Shown here piece by piece: positions 50,484 to 63,414 of a stretch of 63,516 nt of DNA (its first letter is position 1; every line of letters begins with the position of its first letter). The DNA comes from Negaprion brevirostris (lineage: Eukaryota). The position numbers and the translations under genes are program-made. Where the stretch lies: assembly GCA_030324005.1 (NCBI GenBank), contig JARDVH010000185.1, positions 4,280,981 to 4,344,496 of the forward strand, read 5' to 3'. Under the pieces are notes generated by a model, which was given only the letters and a program-made list of their open reading frames with translations, did not search any database and was not told the origin of the DNA.

Positions 50484-51650
50484 TAAGGTGGAATATGATG
50501 TTAACCTCCACACTGCGCCTTAGATGGACAGTGAAAGTGAAGAAAAAAGCAAATCGAGTGAGGTAAGCAAAGGATCAAAATGGTACATAAGGCAGGAAAA
50601 GCAGAGACCAATCATAAATAGAGCAGAAATTGAAAGATAATTGGGGAAAGATTAATTTTTGCTGTTTTATACTTTGGGATTCCAAATCCCATACAAAACC
50701 ATCTTGAACAGACAAGATGTGGGCAGTTTTTTAAAAATACAACACATTTCCAAAGATCCACTAAAAGCACCTAAATCTCAGTTAAAAACATCTGAAATAT
50801 AATTAGAGGCCATTTTAGTTTCATCATTGTGTTTTCTCTTCACATTCTTACATGTAGAAGCATATTACTTAGGCCATTCAGCCCTTTGAGCCTGTTCCAC
50901 CATTCAATAAGATCTTGGCAGATTTTGTTGTGATCTCACCATTTGTTGTCTGCCCCTCATAACCCCTTGACACCCATGTCAATCAAAAATCTGTCTAATT
51001 CTGCATAAATTCAATGTCTCAAACTCCGCTGTTTTGGGAATAAGAGAATTCCATGGATTAATAAAAAAATTCTGTTCATCTTTGCCTTAAATGATATACC
51101 CCTTGTTCTTAAACCATGCCCCTGGTTCTAGTCCCTCCCACAAGTGGAAACATCCAGTAACCATCCCATGAGATCCCCTTAGGATCTTGTATGTTTCAAT
51201 AAGATCACCTGGTATTCTTCTAAACTCCCACAGGTATAGTTCAATGTTTCTGCATAAAATAGGTTCTTCAACCCATGAATGAGTGTGCAGCGAACCTTCT
51301 CTGAAATGTTTCAATGTAATTATATGTTGTTTCAAAAAAGACCAAAACTGCACCAAGTATTCCAGGCGAGGTCTCTCCAAGATCCTGAACAGCTGCGGTA
51401 AAATGTGCCTACTTTTATATTCCATTCCTTCTGCAACAGGTGCCAATATTTCACTTATCCTCTCCTAATCACTTGCTATACCTGACAAAGCTGCTTGATT
51501 CATTTACCAGGATACCTAGATCTTGCTGCACCAGAGTTCTGCAATTTGTGTTTTTAAAAATATAATTTTCTATTCTTCCTGTCAAAATGAGTAAGTTCAT
51601 ATTTTTCCACAACACACTCCATCTGCCAGATTTTTACCCATCGCTTCACC

Positions 51651-52340
51651 TGTTGTCACAAACCACGATGATGGTATCCCAACTTGAAACACCAGCTCAT
51701 GCTGGTGTGAACTTTTGTTTTTGGAATGGTATAAAGAATCTCTGAAACCCCAGTGAGAAGAACCAATTTAGTCATCATAAGAATTATTAACGATTATTTA
51801 GCCAATTTTAAAAANNNNNNNNNNACATATATCCACATACACAAATAGGACTGCATCATTTCAAGACAATTAAGTATGTGAATCACTAATTTTATGTAGA
51901 ATTTACCCCTATGTTCCAAAATATAGCTATGATCCCTGAACTCCTTAAGACATCCTCCTTTCCAAACAACACCCAAATTAAATAAATCTATGTGTCAAAT
52001 CCAGCCTATTGCTACCACACTAAGGCTGTGGATCCAGCCTGGGAAAATTGTTTTCCTGGTCTGGCAAAGATACTTGAACTGTCTTCACAAAGGTTTCTGC
52101 ACTGCTCTAGCGCTAAGACCAAGATGCAGCCTAGCCTCCTGACAGAGTTGTGGACTGGCCTCAGGCTCTTAGATGTGAACTGGACTGCCCATTTACCATT
52201 TTTCCTCTTTGGTTCTTAATTCTGTGTATTTGGCTGTTTGCATTTCTCAAATTCTGTGACTCTAGAAAATTAGCATGTATATATCTCCACTAATCTCTGT
52301 CATCCAAATAAGCTGTTTCATACTAATAGGGCGATTTACA
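51651..52340. mobile_element. LTR-like insert in CR1
   Basis: Non-CR1 block bounded by TGTTGTCACA...GATTTACA; TSD not convincing. Confidence 0.35.
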
Positions 52341-52595
52341 CCTGGTTCTGTCTAAATACCTGCTAATTCTGTATCACATCTTTTGAATGCTGGCTACTGC
52401 TGTTACTAGGCAGATTTCTATCTGTTGCTGGGCAGATCACATGTTGACATCTTGTTAAATTCCTGTTACTGCTGTTATTAGGCAAATCCATGACACTGAC
52501 ACTCTTTCTGGTCAAATTCCCTTGACAATTTACGTTCTGAACTATAAGTGTCATCAGCAAATTCAGCTACTATACTTTCAGTCGCTTCATCCAAT

Positions 52596-52885
52596 CAGCA
52601 CGATAGCATAGTGGTTAGCACTGCTGCTTCACAGTGCCAAGTACCCAGATTCAATACCCCTGTGTGGAGTTTGCATGATCTCCCTGTGTCTGCATGCGTT
52701 TCCTCCAGGTGCTCCAGTTTCCTCCCACATTCTGAAAGACGTGCCGATTAGGTGCACTGGCCGTGTTAAATTCTCCCTCAGTGTACCCGAACAGGCGCCA
52801 GAGTATGACAGCTATAGGGGAATTTCACAGCAACTTCATTGCAGTGTTAATGTAAGCCTTACTTGTGACAAATAAAGAAACTTAA
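52596..52885 (+). mobile_element. V-SINE variant with an alternative 3' tail
   Basis: tRNA head gtggttagcactgctgcttcacag and V core as in HE1; different tail ...gcagtgttaatgtaagccttacttgtgacaaataaa. Confidence 0.85.
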
Positions 52886-53666
52886 CTTTGATTTAGATTG
52901 AAAATAGTTGAGGCCTCATCACAGATCTCTATAGCACTCCACTTTTTACAGTTTGCCAACCTGAAAAAGACCCATTTATCTGCACTCTGTTTCCTGTTAG
53001 CTAAGCAATCCTTTATCCATGCTAATATGTTATATCCTCTTACATGTTTTCTCATCTTGTATAGTAACATTTAATACAGTATTTTATCAAATACCTTTTA
53101 AACATCCATTACAGCACATCTACAGGTTCTCCTTTACCCATTTTAATTGTTACTAGATTTACAAAAAACTCTAGTCAATTAATTAAATACGATTTTCCTT
53201 TCATAAACCCATGTTGACTCTGCCTGAGATGTTCTAAGTATCTGCTATAATCTCTTTGATAATGAACCCTAACAATTTTGCCATGACAGATATTGGGCTA
53301 ATTGTCCTTTAGTTCCCTCTTTTCTTGAATAAAGGTAATACGTTAGCTATTTTCCAATCCATTGGCATCCTTCCAAATCTAAGGAATTTTGGGAGATTAA
53401 AACCGATTATCTAATTATATGCCTCTGCAGCCATTTCTTTTAAGGCCATAGGATGCAGATCATTTGACATCTGGTCATGGGCACTTGTCAGCCTTTACAT
53501 CTAATAGTTTTCCCAGTTCCTTCTCCCTGGCAATGGTGATCATTTTAAGTTCCTCCCTCCTGTTCACCCCTTGATTTGCAAGCATCTTTGGAAGGTTAGA
53601 ATACCTGTTCAGTGCCTCTGTCTTTTCCCTGTTTTCCATTGTCAATTCCCCAGACTCTCTCTACAG

Positions 53667-54112
53667 CAATGGTTCTCAACCAGTGTGCAGTGTGCTGTGA
53701 AAAAAAGATTCAAAATGAATGTAAATTAATCTAAAACTAACCTTCATCTTTAGCTTTGTGGTTGCCATCTCAGACCCGATGAATCTTGGGCCTCCCACAC
53801 ACACACGCGCCAGCCGACACAGAGCCACACATGCGTGGCTTAGGTTTTTTTTGTTGGCCAGACCTATGCACATGACCAACGAGCCTTGGAGCTGAAGACA
53901 AAGGTCCCACTCGCCTGTACAAAAAGTGAAAACTCCAAAAGGACACAAAACCTTTGGTAGATGAGAGACTAAAGAACAGGAGAGCGGACAGGGATAAGTT
54001 GAAAATGAAGTTTTCAATAACAGAGAAAGATAGAGGAAAGAGGTGTGCATCAAATTCATTTCTTTTAGCTATAGAGGTGTGCCACGACATATAAAAAGGT
54101 TCAGAACTAGTG
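53667..54112. mobile_element. Non-autonomous hAT-Charlie-type DNA transposon
   Basis: TIRs CAATGGTTCTCAACC / GGTTCAGAACTAGTG; flanks ctctacag and gtctagtg resemble a decayed 8-bp nTCTAGAn TSD. Confidence 0.7.
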
Positions 54113-54209
54113 GTCTAGTGGACCATCACTAGCTTTAGTTACTCATTTCTTATTTATAACTTGTAAAAATTCTTATTATCTGCTTTTAAATTACCAGCTA
54201 GCTGTCTCT

Positions 54210-54428
54210 CACATACTCCCCATCTCTGCATGGATTCCCTCAGGTGCTCCGGTTTCCTCCCACAGTCCAAAGATGCGCAGATTAGGTTGATTGGCCGGGC
54301 TAAATTGACCCTAGTGTCAAGGGGATTGGTGGCATAAATATGTGGGATTGTGGGAATAGGGACTGGGTGGGATTGTGTTTGGTACAGACTCAATGCGCCA
54401 AATGGAATCCTGTAGAGATTCTATGATA
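54210..54428 (+). mobile_element. 5'-truncated HE1/V-SINE
   Basis: ggtgctccggtttcctcccacagtccaaagatg...tail attctatga. Confidence 0.9.
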
Positions 54429-55099
54429 CTTCTTTCTCCTTCATGAGTTTTATTCATTCTTTGCTAGTTCTTAAAATTTGACCAATCTTCTGACCTGCGA
54501 CTCAGATTCAGACAATGTTTCTTTCAATCTGTTATCCTTAACTTCCTTCTTCAGGTTTGGATTACACATCCTTCTCAAAGAGGATTTCACTCCTTAAAAG
54601 TCTAACATAACTTTGATTGTAATTCATCAATGTATTTAAATCCCTGGGCCCATCTGAACTAACTGACAAACAATTACTCCCTTACTAGCAGTTAGGGGAT
54701 ATGGAGCTGCTGTCTAGACAAGGCATCGCCACCTGATATTTAGAAAGGTCCACAATCGCACATCAGATTGAAGCTGAACATAGAGGAAAGATCAAACCTT
54801 CACGTTCCCATTGCATGATGTTAAATTTCCAGTGGCTCAAAGCGACCTTTCTTATGCATCTTAATATTGAATAAGAATCTCCATCCTTCTGAGAATTCAA
54901 TGGCAGCAAACAGTTCAGATAACAATGTTATGTGCACTTGAAACATTGTTTGAACTATCAAGATGAAAATCATATCTGCTGGTTTGCAAATGTCACAAAG
55001 CTGGAAATAATGGATAGTCTGCCAACTTGTCATCTAGTTATAAAATCAACACTGTTGGTTTATTATGTTTCATTTCAACTGACTGCCATTGCAATGAGA

Positions 55100-55342
55100 A
55101 GCCTGCCAGTCCCCACGACAGGGAGTCAGCCAGCTTACCCCCACCGCAGGCAACCAGCCCGCCCCCCCCACTGCGGGCAGCCAGTCTGCCCCACAGCCAG
55201 CCCACCCTACAGCCAGTCCCCACCGCGGGCAGCCAGCCCGCCCTACAGCCAGTCCCCACCGCGGGCAGCCAGCCCGCCCTACAGCCAGCCCACCCAACTG
55301 CCAATCCGTGCAACAGGCAGCCAGCCCGCCCCACCAGCCCCT
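55100..55342 (+). repeat. GC-rich minisatellite, 36-bp unit
   Basis: cagccagcccgccctacagccagtccccaccgcggg in ~2.5 near-perfect copies plus degenerate cagccagccc subunits. Confidence 0.9.
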
Positions 55343-55439
55343 ACTTTGGTAGACATTATTTCAGTCAGTCGTTGTCCCATGAAACTTAGTTCTTCCTAAC
55401 TTCTTGATTTACTTGTCCAGTTTCTTCCAACCAACATTT

Positions 55440-57076
55440 GTAACTTGCTGATACCATACATTCAACAGTTCCTTAGCTATAATTGCTTCCTCTTCAGTAC
55501 TCACTACATCTCCATCCCCCACTAGGACAGTTTAAAGGCTTCCCATTTTTTTCCTTGAACAGAGGCCCATTTGCCACCTGGCTGAACTTGTTCTCTCACT
55601 GAACATTTTTTCTTTTAACTTATGTCATTTCTTCCAAATAAAAGGTGTTGCTATTGGTCCAAGCACTAAAAATCCTTTCGTGATTATATGTAAAACATTC
55701 CTTGTTCCAGTCCTACTAAAGTGTCCTCCCTCAACTCTTCTTGCAATACATTTCTGACAGTGTCGGTACCATTTCCTGCTCTCCCTGGAAGTGGAAAAGT
55801 TCTTCAACTTTGTTTCCAATGTCCACCATTCTCTCACCATTTTCAACACTTCCATTCCTTGACATTACTATTTCCATTCCTAAGAAAGACTTCCCACTAA
55901 TATTCATTATTAACCTCACTGACTCCCACAGCTACCTCAACTATCTCCCCACCCCCCTCATTGTGCCTCCTCCAAGGATTCCATTCTGCCAGTTTCTCCA
56001 TAATATCTGTTCCGGTGATTAAAAACTTCCACTTCTGATATGTTTGCCTTTTCCATCAACCTTCACCACCCCCCACCCCCTTCCATCACTGCCACTGTGG
56101 TTGACAGGGCCCTCAACTGTGTCTGCCACATTTCTGCTCTCACCCCTTCCCAAGAACCATGATAGGGACCCCTTGTCATTACTTTCCACTTTACCAACCA
56201 CCACATTTTAAAAATCATCCCCCGCCATCTACAGCATGATGCTACCAACAAACATACCTTCCCCCCTCTGCCGTCATTACAAAAGGGACCATTTCCTGCA
56301 ACACCCTGGTCCACTCCTCAATCATCTCCAACACTTTGGCCCCTTGCCACAGTATTACAGGAACATAACACTTCCCTTTCAATTCTCGCTCCTCACTATC
56401 CAAGGTTCCAAATGAAGCAGTGATCTGCTGGTATTTTTTTTCACTTTAGTAAATTGTATCATTGCTCACAATGCAATCTCCTCTACACTGAAGAGACCAA
56501 ACCCAAATTGGGCAACCACTTAGCAGACACCTCCACTCAGTCTGCAAGCATGACTCGGAGTTTCCGGTTGCTTGGCATTTTAATTCACCACCTTGCCTTC
56601 ATGTTCTTGGCCTGCAGTGTTGCAGTAAAGTTCAAACAAGCTCAAGGAACAACACATTCCAATTTGGCACTTCATGGCTTTCTGGACTCAGAGTTAATAA
56701 TGTCAAGACTTGAACACTGCCTCCCCATTCTGATTTTTTTTGCCAAGTACCAATCTGAATCCTGTTTTTCCAAACAAGACTGATCCTTATTTTGCCATTT
56801 ACATGCACCCTGGACAATTGCTTTGTTTTACCATAACCAATATCACTTCCATTGCTTTTTATTCCATTTCATCTTTTATCATTTAATCTCTCCCATCACT
56901 GACCCTATCCCACACTCTCCCCTTTTGTCCTTTATTCCCTCCCCCATTTAAATGGTGTAAAATCCATCATATTGCTACTTTTCTTTAATTCTGAATAGTC
57001 AATCCTGACTCAAACCATTACTCTGCTTCTCCACAGATGTTACCTGCTCAATATTTCCAGAACTTTCTTTGATTTC
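55440..57076 (+). mobile_element. Decayed Penelope-like element (RT, GIY-YIG, pLTR)
   Basis: AELVLSLNIFSFNLCHFFQIKGVAIG, LPFLDITISI, TDSHSYLNY, HCSQCNLLYTEETKPKLG; pLTR ctccacagatgttacctg. Confidence 0.85.
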
Positions 57077-57659
57077 CATTATAGAAATTGGCAGAATCAA
57101 ATTCACTCTTTACATTGCAGGGGCAGCAACTGTAAAAACTTACTTCTAGACTGAAACAGGATTTATTAGATCCTATGGTTGACATCTTCATTTGGATCCC
57201 CCTCAGTCAGTCTCAGTAACTCCTTAAAAGTCAATACAAAAGTCATATTGCACTATTTTAAACAGGAAATGCAACAGTACAAGAAAACTAAGCAATAATC
57301 CAGAGATCTGGGTGAACTCACATTAGTGAGCATTTGGGAAAAGCAGCCATATTTTCCTTCCACATTCTGGAATTGTGGGAAAACATCATTTGCAGGAGTC
57401 AGTCAGTTAAATACTCATGTATTTAATATTTTCCTTCAGCAATTATTGCTGCACGAAAATTATATATTTATTGATTTGGAGATAGGGAGAAAAATACGAA
57501 CAAAGGTGTGTATTGGATTAGATCGTGACCTTTATTGACAGGATTCAAACCCTGTCCAGACTGATGGAACATAAAGAACAAAAACTGTCTCCTCTGGCAG
57601 CACGACCACTAAGCAATGGAGATACAGTTAAGATAACTAGCAAAAAAAGGAGGCAAGTT

Positions 57660-58060
57660 GAAGAATGTTTTTGTTCAAGGGATGTGAACATCAGTGGCAA
57701 GGCTGGTATGCAGGCAAGGCCCAGTAATGCCCTGGGAAAGGTCAGGATGAGCCATCTTGAACAGCTGTGATCCATATGGTGTAGTGTTCCCCCTGTGCTG
57801 TTGGAAAGGGAGTTATAGGGTTTCAGCTCAGTTACAATGATAGAAGTTCACTTTATTTAGAGCNNNNNNNNNNGCTTAGTGTGGTGTTACTTAGAGGTGA
57901 ACTTTCAGGCGATATTTTCCCATACACATGCTACCCTTGTTTTTCTAGGTGCTAGAAGTCCAGATTTGGAAGCTGCCATGGAAGCAGCTCTGGTGAATTA
58001 CTGTATCTTATTGATAGTATAGACCAAAGGCACACTGCATCAATAGAGGGAGTGAATATT
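57660..58060 (-). mobile_element. LINE 3' fragment related to 11370-12140
   Basis: gggatgtgaacatcagtggcaaggc...tgccctgggaaagg...tcttgaacagctg, collinear with 11385-11720. Confidence 0.7.
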
Positions 58061-58439
58061 TAAGCTGAAGCACTGAAAAGGAAAACAAAATGTAGAGCAT
58101 TGGAGATGGAGACTCAGGGAGCCCACTGTATAATCTAAGCAAAATATCCATAAGTATCTGAAGCAAATTAAGATATAGGATTATTTGAAGAATTCAGGGA
58201 AACAGGATTGGCTCTGCATTAGCACCGTTTCATTATCAACAGTCTTAGAGTACCATAAACTTTAAGTCACGTTCCAAAGGGTTTTGTAGTTGTTACTGCT
58301 GAGAAAATTCCCAGTCATCCAAAGCTAAACAGTTCTACAACTTAAAATTCTTCTTCGGCTCCCTCAAGCAGAAAACTGGAATAACAAACAGGTATTTTAT
58401 TAACAAGCTGTCTTAGCGGAAACACTCATCCTTCTTGAA

Positions 58440-58760
58440 TCAATGAGTGGGTTCAATCCAACTCCAATACTCAAAACACATTTGACACCACAGTACTGAG
58501 GCATCAAATTTTATGTGAAATCTGAAACTAAGGTCCATCAGTTCTCTCAGGTAGATGCAAAAGACTTCTTGGAACTATTTCAAGAGATTAAATCTGAACA
58601 ACATTTCTTGACCTGCATTACCAAACTATTTTGTAATTTATCTCATTGCTGTCTGTGCAACCTTTTGTGCATGGATTGCTACTGATCCCGAATTACAAAG
58701 TAATTCATTGATGAAGAGGTTTGCTTTGTGTTGAGGTTGAAAAATGATGAAAATGCATTA
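58440..58760 (+). mobile_element. Decayed Deu-domain SINE
   Basis: gtgggttcaatcc...cagtactgagg...ctctcaggtagatgcaaaagac...atctcattgctgtctgtg. Confidence 0.65.
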
Positions 58761-59714
58761 TATTCTGAGCAGTTTCTCTTTGCATTAGTATTAGAATATG
58801 CCTATGCCAACCACATGAAAATTATTGTTCAGTCAACCAGTATACTGGATAGACTGGCATATCGAAGACAGAATTGGCCATCTTTAACGTGCTGTTTTTT
58901 TCAGTGATTTGCCAGCTAACCAAGAAAGTTGTCCTGACTTATTGACAGTATAAGTATTCTTCCATCTTTATACATAGTGCAGACTTGACCAAGATGTAGA
59001 TAAATAATCTTAAGAGAATTCTGTCTTTGGTATGCTACATGGTAGCTGTGGTCCTGGATTTACAGATAAGACTGAAGTCTAGACCAAAAGATAAAGAGAC
59101 ATTGAAAACATTTCACACTATTTCAAACAGCTTCTGAAAGGGTTCCATCTGAGGCTTTCTTCAGCTTAATGGGGATTGTAAATCTTCAGAAAGGAAACTT
59201 TCTGCTGAAATGTGCGCCAGGCATTGGTGGTTCAGGCAATCTCAATAGAGGTGTATTAGGCATTCATTCATCTTAGGCATCTGGGGAAACCATTCCTGAA
59301 GAAGTAAACAGCCATTCACAAGTGACCATGCCAGTCATTTCACTTGCACTTGAAGTCTGCAAGTCCACACCATTTTTTCAAGCATGCTACACAAGTGCCA
59401 GTCACTACTTAGAACATTCATGAAGGTTGGAACCACAGAGTCAAAATCTTGGGTAATTAGCAAATACAGAGCCTATAACATGGGAAACTATCCCAACTTA
59501 TTTCACAGGAAAGTAATCACAGAAATTGGCACCAACTAAAAAGTCAATAAGAAAATGGGTAATCAAAAACTTGGTTAAAAAGATGTGTTTCAACAATAAC
59601 TTACATTTATATATATTTTAATGTGAAAAAATGTTCCAAAGAAGAATGGGAGGGGGAATAATTGGAATGAGGAGACTGCAGAGACTTGAAAAAGAAGATC
59701 AAGACTTTTGAAAA

Positions 59715-59992
59715 CGAAACATAGAACACTACAGCACAAACAGGCCCTTTGGNNNNNNNNNNNNNNNNNNNNNNNNNNNNNNNNNNNNNNNNNNNNNNNN
59801 NNNNNNNNNNNNNNNNNNNNNNNNNNNNNNNNNNNNNNNNNNNNNNNNNNNNCCGCAATCCTCCAATCCTCCGGAACCTCTCCCGTCTCCATCGACGACG
59901 CAAAGATCATCGCCAGGGGCTCTGCAATCGCTTCACTCACCTCCCACAGTAACCTGGGGTACATCCCATCCAGTCCCGGCAACTTGTCTATC
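59715..59992 (-). mobile_element. Relatively young CR1 LINE with an internal N gap
   Basis: PGLDGMYPRLLWEVSEAIAEPLAMIFASSMETGEVPEDWRIA; CR1 tail at 59718-59752. Confidence 0.9.
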
Positions 59993-59994
59993 TT

Positions 59995-62330
59995 AACTGG
60001 GAATCAACATAGGTCAATGAGCATGGGGTGTTGGGTGAATGGAATCTGAAAAGAGTTTGAAAAGAAGCAACATGATTTTGGGCAAGTTTCAGTTTATGGA
60101 AGAAGGAGTGTGTTGGAATAGTCAAGACTTGGAGTAACAAAAGGCATGGATGAGGATTTCAGCAGGTCAGCTGCAGCAGGGATAGAGTACGGCAATGCCA
60201 CAGAGGTGAAATAGGCAAACTTAGGGATACATGGTTAGCAGCTCATCTCAGGGTCAAATATAACAAACAAGGTTGCCAACCTTGAGCATGAAACTTGACA
60301 GGGAAGGGGATGGGAATAAAATCTTGTGATGAGACCAAATAATGGCTTCAAGTCTTATCACAACTCTAATTGCCTAGCCATTGACTCCATTTGACAAGAG
60401 CTTTGGCCTTCCCAATGCTTAACTGGAGCATATTTCTGCTTATTACTGGATGCCAGACAAGCAGTCTTCTTAGAAACAGTACTAAAGGGGTTGAGAAAAG
60501 GTGGTGAGAAGTTAGAGATGGGTAGTGTTAAGATTCATGGAACCTGATACGTTTTTGGACAATTCTCTGGAAATGACTGTATTGTGAGAGTGGTACTAAG
60601 CAAATACATCCCACTCAGCTGGACAGCAGAGGAGGAGATGGATGAAGTGCTCAACCGGATCAAAGGCTGTAGACACATTAAGTAGAAGGATGGTTTATCA
60701 CAGTAACATTGGTTCTCATTCATTATTTTGATAAGAACCATTTCAGTTGTGGGAGAACAAGAAGACTAATAGGAGAGTCATTTAGGGTGGGAATCACAAA
60801 GTTAGTGCTATAATTCAGGTCAGAAACCCCAGTGTTTTATGATGTCCACCCGGATAAAAAGTTTTGCACTTTGAATTTGGCTAGGGTGAGCAAGAAATAT
60901 TTCACTTCAGGTGGATTCAAATGACCCATTGGGCTACTATTATCAAACAAAGTTTATTTAAGAATATAGTTAATATATTNNNNNNNNNNNNNNNNNNNNN
61001 NNNNNNNNNNNNNNNNNNNNNNNNNNNNNNNNNNNNNNNNNNNNNNNNNNNNNNNNNNNNNNNNNNNNNNNNNNNNNNNNNNNNNNNNNNNNNNNNNNNN
61101 NNNNNNNNNNNNNNNNNNNNNNNNNNNNNNNNNNNNNNNNNNNNNNNNNNNNNNNNTACTGGAATTTAGCCCTTTGGTTGAATGCTACAGTTCTCCTGAG
61201 ACACGCATAGGCAAGCTTGGAGTCAGAACAGCAGGATTTCCAATACTGAGGGGGGCATTGCTTTCAGTCTGATGTCCACGCCCTTCTGAACTAAAACTGA
61301 AGCCAGCTGCCAAACAGAAAATGAAACCTTAAAATCAAAAGGAAAGAAAAGCTGTCCAAAACACATGACCTGCCAACCAGTCTTCCTCCTTACAATGCAG
61401 GATCATAAAGAAAGTACACGAGACCCATAGTAAAACTAAACAAAACCCCATTTAAACCATTGAAGTAGCAATAAAAGAGCTCCTCTAGACAGTGCCGCAG
61501 CAATAAGAGAAAAACTGAAGAGTACTTATAACTGCAGAGAACACAACTAAAAAAGAATTCTTAAAGGCACACTAACATCACATTAGAGCTGAGAAAATTA
61601 ACAACATGGCCACCAAAAGCCGGGTAAAATGAGCAGAGCATGCACAAGAAGCTAGAGGAATACAGATTGCAGTTTTGAGAAGGTTACAGATAATATAGAA
61701 AAAGGCTATGGAAAGATACAACATGAGATGAAAATTTTAGGTTGTAGCTGGACCAGAAATGAATTGAAGGCACAGAGCTGATGAGTGATGTGTAAATGAA
61801 AACTAATTTGTGTTAGAATATGGGCAGAATTTTGGAAGAGATTTACAGAGAGAATAAGATCGAACCTGAAAAACAGGTCAAGTCAATGAGGAAACAGTCA
61901 AATAGACATGGCTTATCTAAGATACTGAAGGGCAGAAAGGAGCAATATTACAGTGATCAAATTAGACACACAAAGAGAACATGCAAGTAAAAGCTCAGTA
62001 CAAAGCCAAACAGAGGTCTTCAACAGTCTGGTTCAAGTTGAGACAGTGTTCAGGGAGGGCTTGGAACTGGGAGTGATGGAATGGAATTCTATGTGGGGAA
62101 CACAGAGAAAAGGTTGCGATCTATCCAGGATTGAATGTTGACAAGCAACTTGTCAATACTTAGAGGCAGTGGGAGAATCAGTTGGCAGACGTGAGGAGAA
62201 CTATGAGTCAGTGTATATGCCAAAGCAGTCACCATTTCTTTACCATGTTGAAGAACAACATACAAATAATATCAGACAACAAGGGATAAATCCTTGAGGG
62301 GGCTCTAATATAATGATGTGGACCTTCAGC
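59995..62330 (-). mobile_element. Decayed L2 fragments (~59995-60800 and ~61640-62330)
   Basis: Purine-rich L2-like segments (ggagtaacaaaaggcatggatgaggatttcagcag; tcagggtcaaatataac); no intact ORF. Confidence 0.55.
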
Positions 62331-62480
62331 TAAACTCTACTTGAATTTTGAAAGAGTCATACAGAATCCCAGTTTCCAAGCTTCTCGCGTCGATTTTCAA
62401 ATTTTCATACAGCCTTGCAAATCAATAAACAGGCTCATAAGACTAACTAATCTTTTTGGAACCTAAGTGAAGGCACTTAC

Positions 62481-62693
62481 ATTGTGTGCCCCTGCATTCT
62501 TGAAAGTCTTGAATTTTGGAGAAAAAAGAACAGTCCTGCCCTTGTACCAACAAATTCCAGCTCACTCTGTAGAATAAACTGAGCTGTCTTCCAAAATTCT
62601 CAATACTTGCCTGAGGACTGCCAGTACTGTCAAATCAAAGGCTTCGAACTAAAGCTGTAAAGTCTCTCTTCACTGGGTGTGAATCTAGCCATT
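62481..62693 (-). other. Candidate 213-nt non-coding/UTR exon
   Basis: Acceptor ctgttttctttctcCAG, donor AAT|GTAAGT; stops in all three frames. Confidence 0.35.
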
Positions 62694-63259
62694 CTGGAGA
62701 AAGAAAACAGTTGTACTATCTTGAATCTAAAACTCCCTTCAGAAATGTCAAACAGAATGGGACATGTACCAATTTTGGGGCAATATTTCAGTCTTTTTCA
62801 GCCACTCGTTTTCTTCACTTTGACTCATTGCTGGTTGCATCACAATCTACATTATGTTACTTTCTGAAGTTGCAATCACATGACAGAGCCGTAAAATGCT
62901 CCACTAGTTTTAAAGGTTGTTAACCACAATTCAACATCTTAAAAGGAAAAGTATATTCTCTGAATACATGTTCCATACAGAAAGTAAAAGCCCAACACAG
63001 AATTATTAACAATTACTTCCATGTTGGGGCTATATTCAGAACATCATTGAAATCTGACCTCATGGCATTTTCCACCCACTGGGTCAGTGTCATTACTTCT
63101 TTGGTGACCCCCACTTTTATCATTACCACGACTATTGTGCTGTAGACCCTAAAACAGAAGCAAAGGAGAAAAACTTATTTTTTGAAACACGCATCACGCC
63201 TGAGGAGGAAGTTGAAATACTCAAAAGTATGACACACATCTGAAGTATTGTTCTGAATC

Positions 63260-63412
63260 AGGCCATGGGTTCAAGTCTCATTCCAGGCAAACACAAAACA
63301 CACTGATCAACTAGTACATTGTCGGAGGTGCTTTTAAGTTAATCAACGTCCCATCAACCTGTTCAAAAGAACTCAAGATTCCATAACACCATTCATACAG
63401 CAGGGAGCAGTG
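63260..63412 (+). mobile_element. Decayed Deu-domain SINE head
   Basis: atgggttcaagtctcattccag...tacattgtcggaggtgc...aagattccataacaccatt. Confidence 0.55.
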
Positions 63413-63414
63413 TG

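Larger units (their letters stand above)
50860..54590 (-). mobile_element. Long old CR1 LINE fragmented by younger insertions
   Basis: 3' end at ~50865; MEYKSRHILPQLFRILERPRLEYLVQFW, GDLIETYKILRG; HVRGYNILAWIKDCLANRKQ at 52990-53050. Confidence 0.8.

Noticed and set aside
54932-55399. 155-aa Pro/Ser-rich ORF and overlapping antisense ORFs
   Set aside because: Explained by the stop-free GC-rich minisatellite; no supporting exon structure
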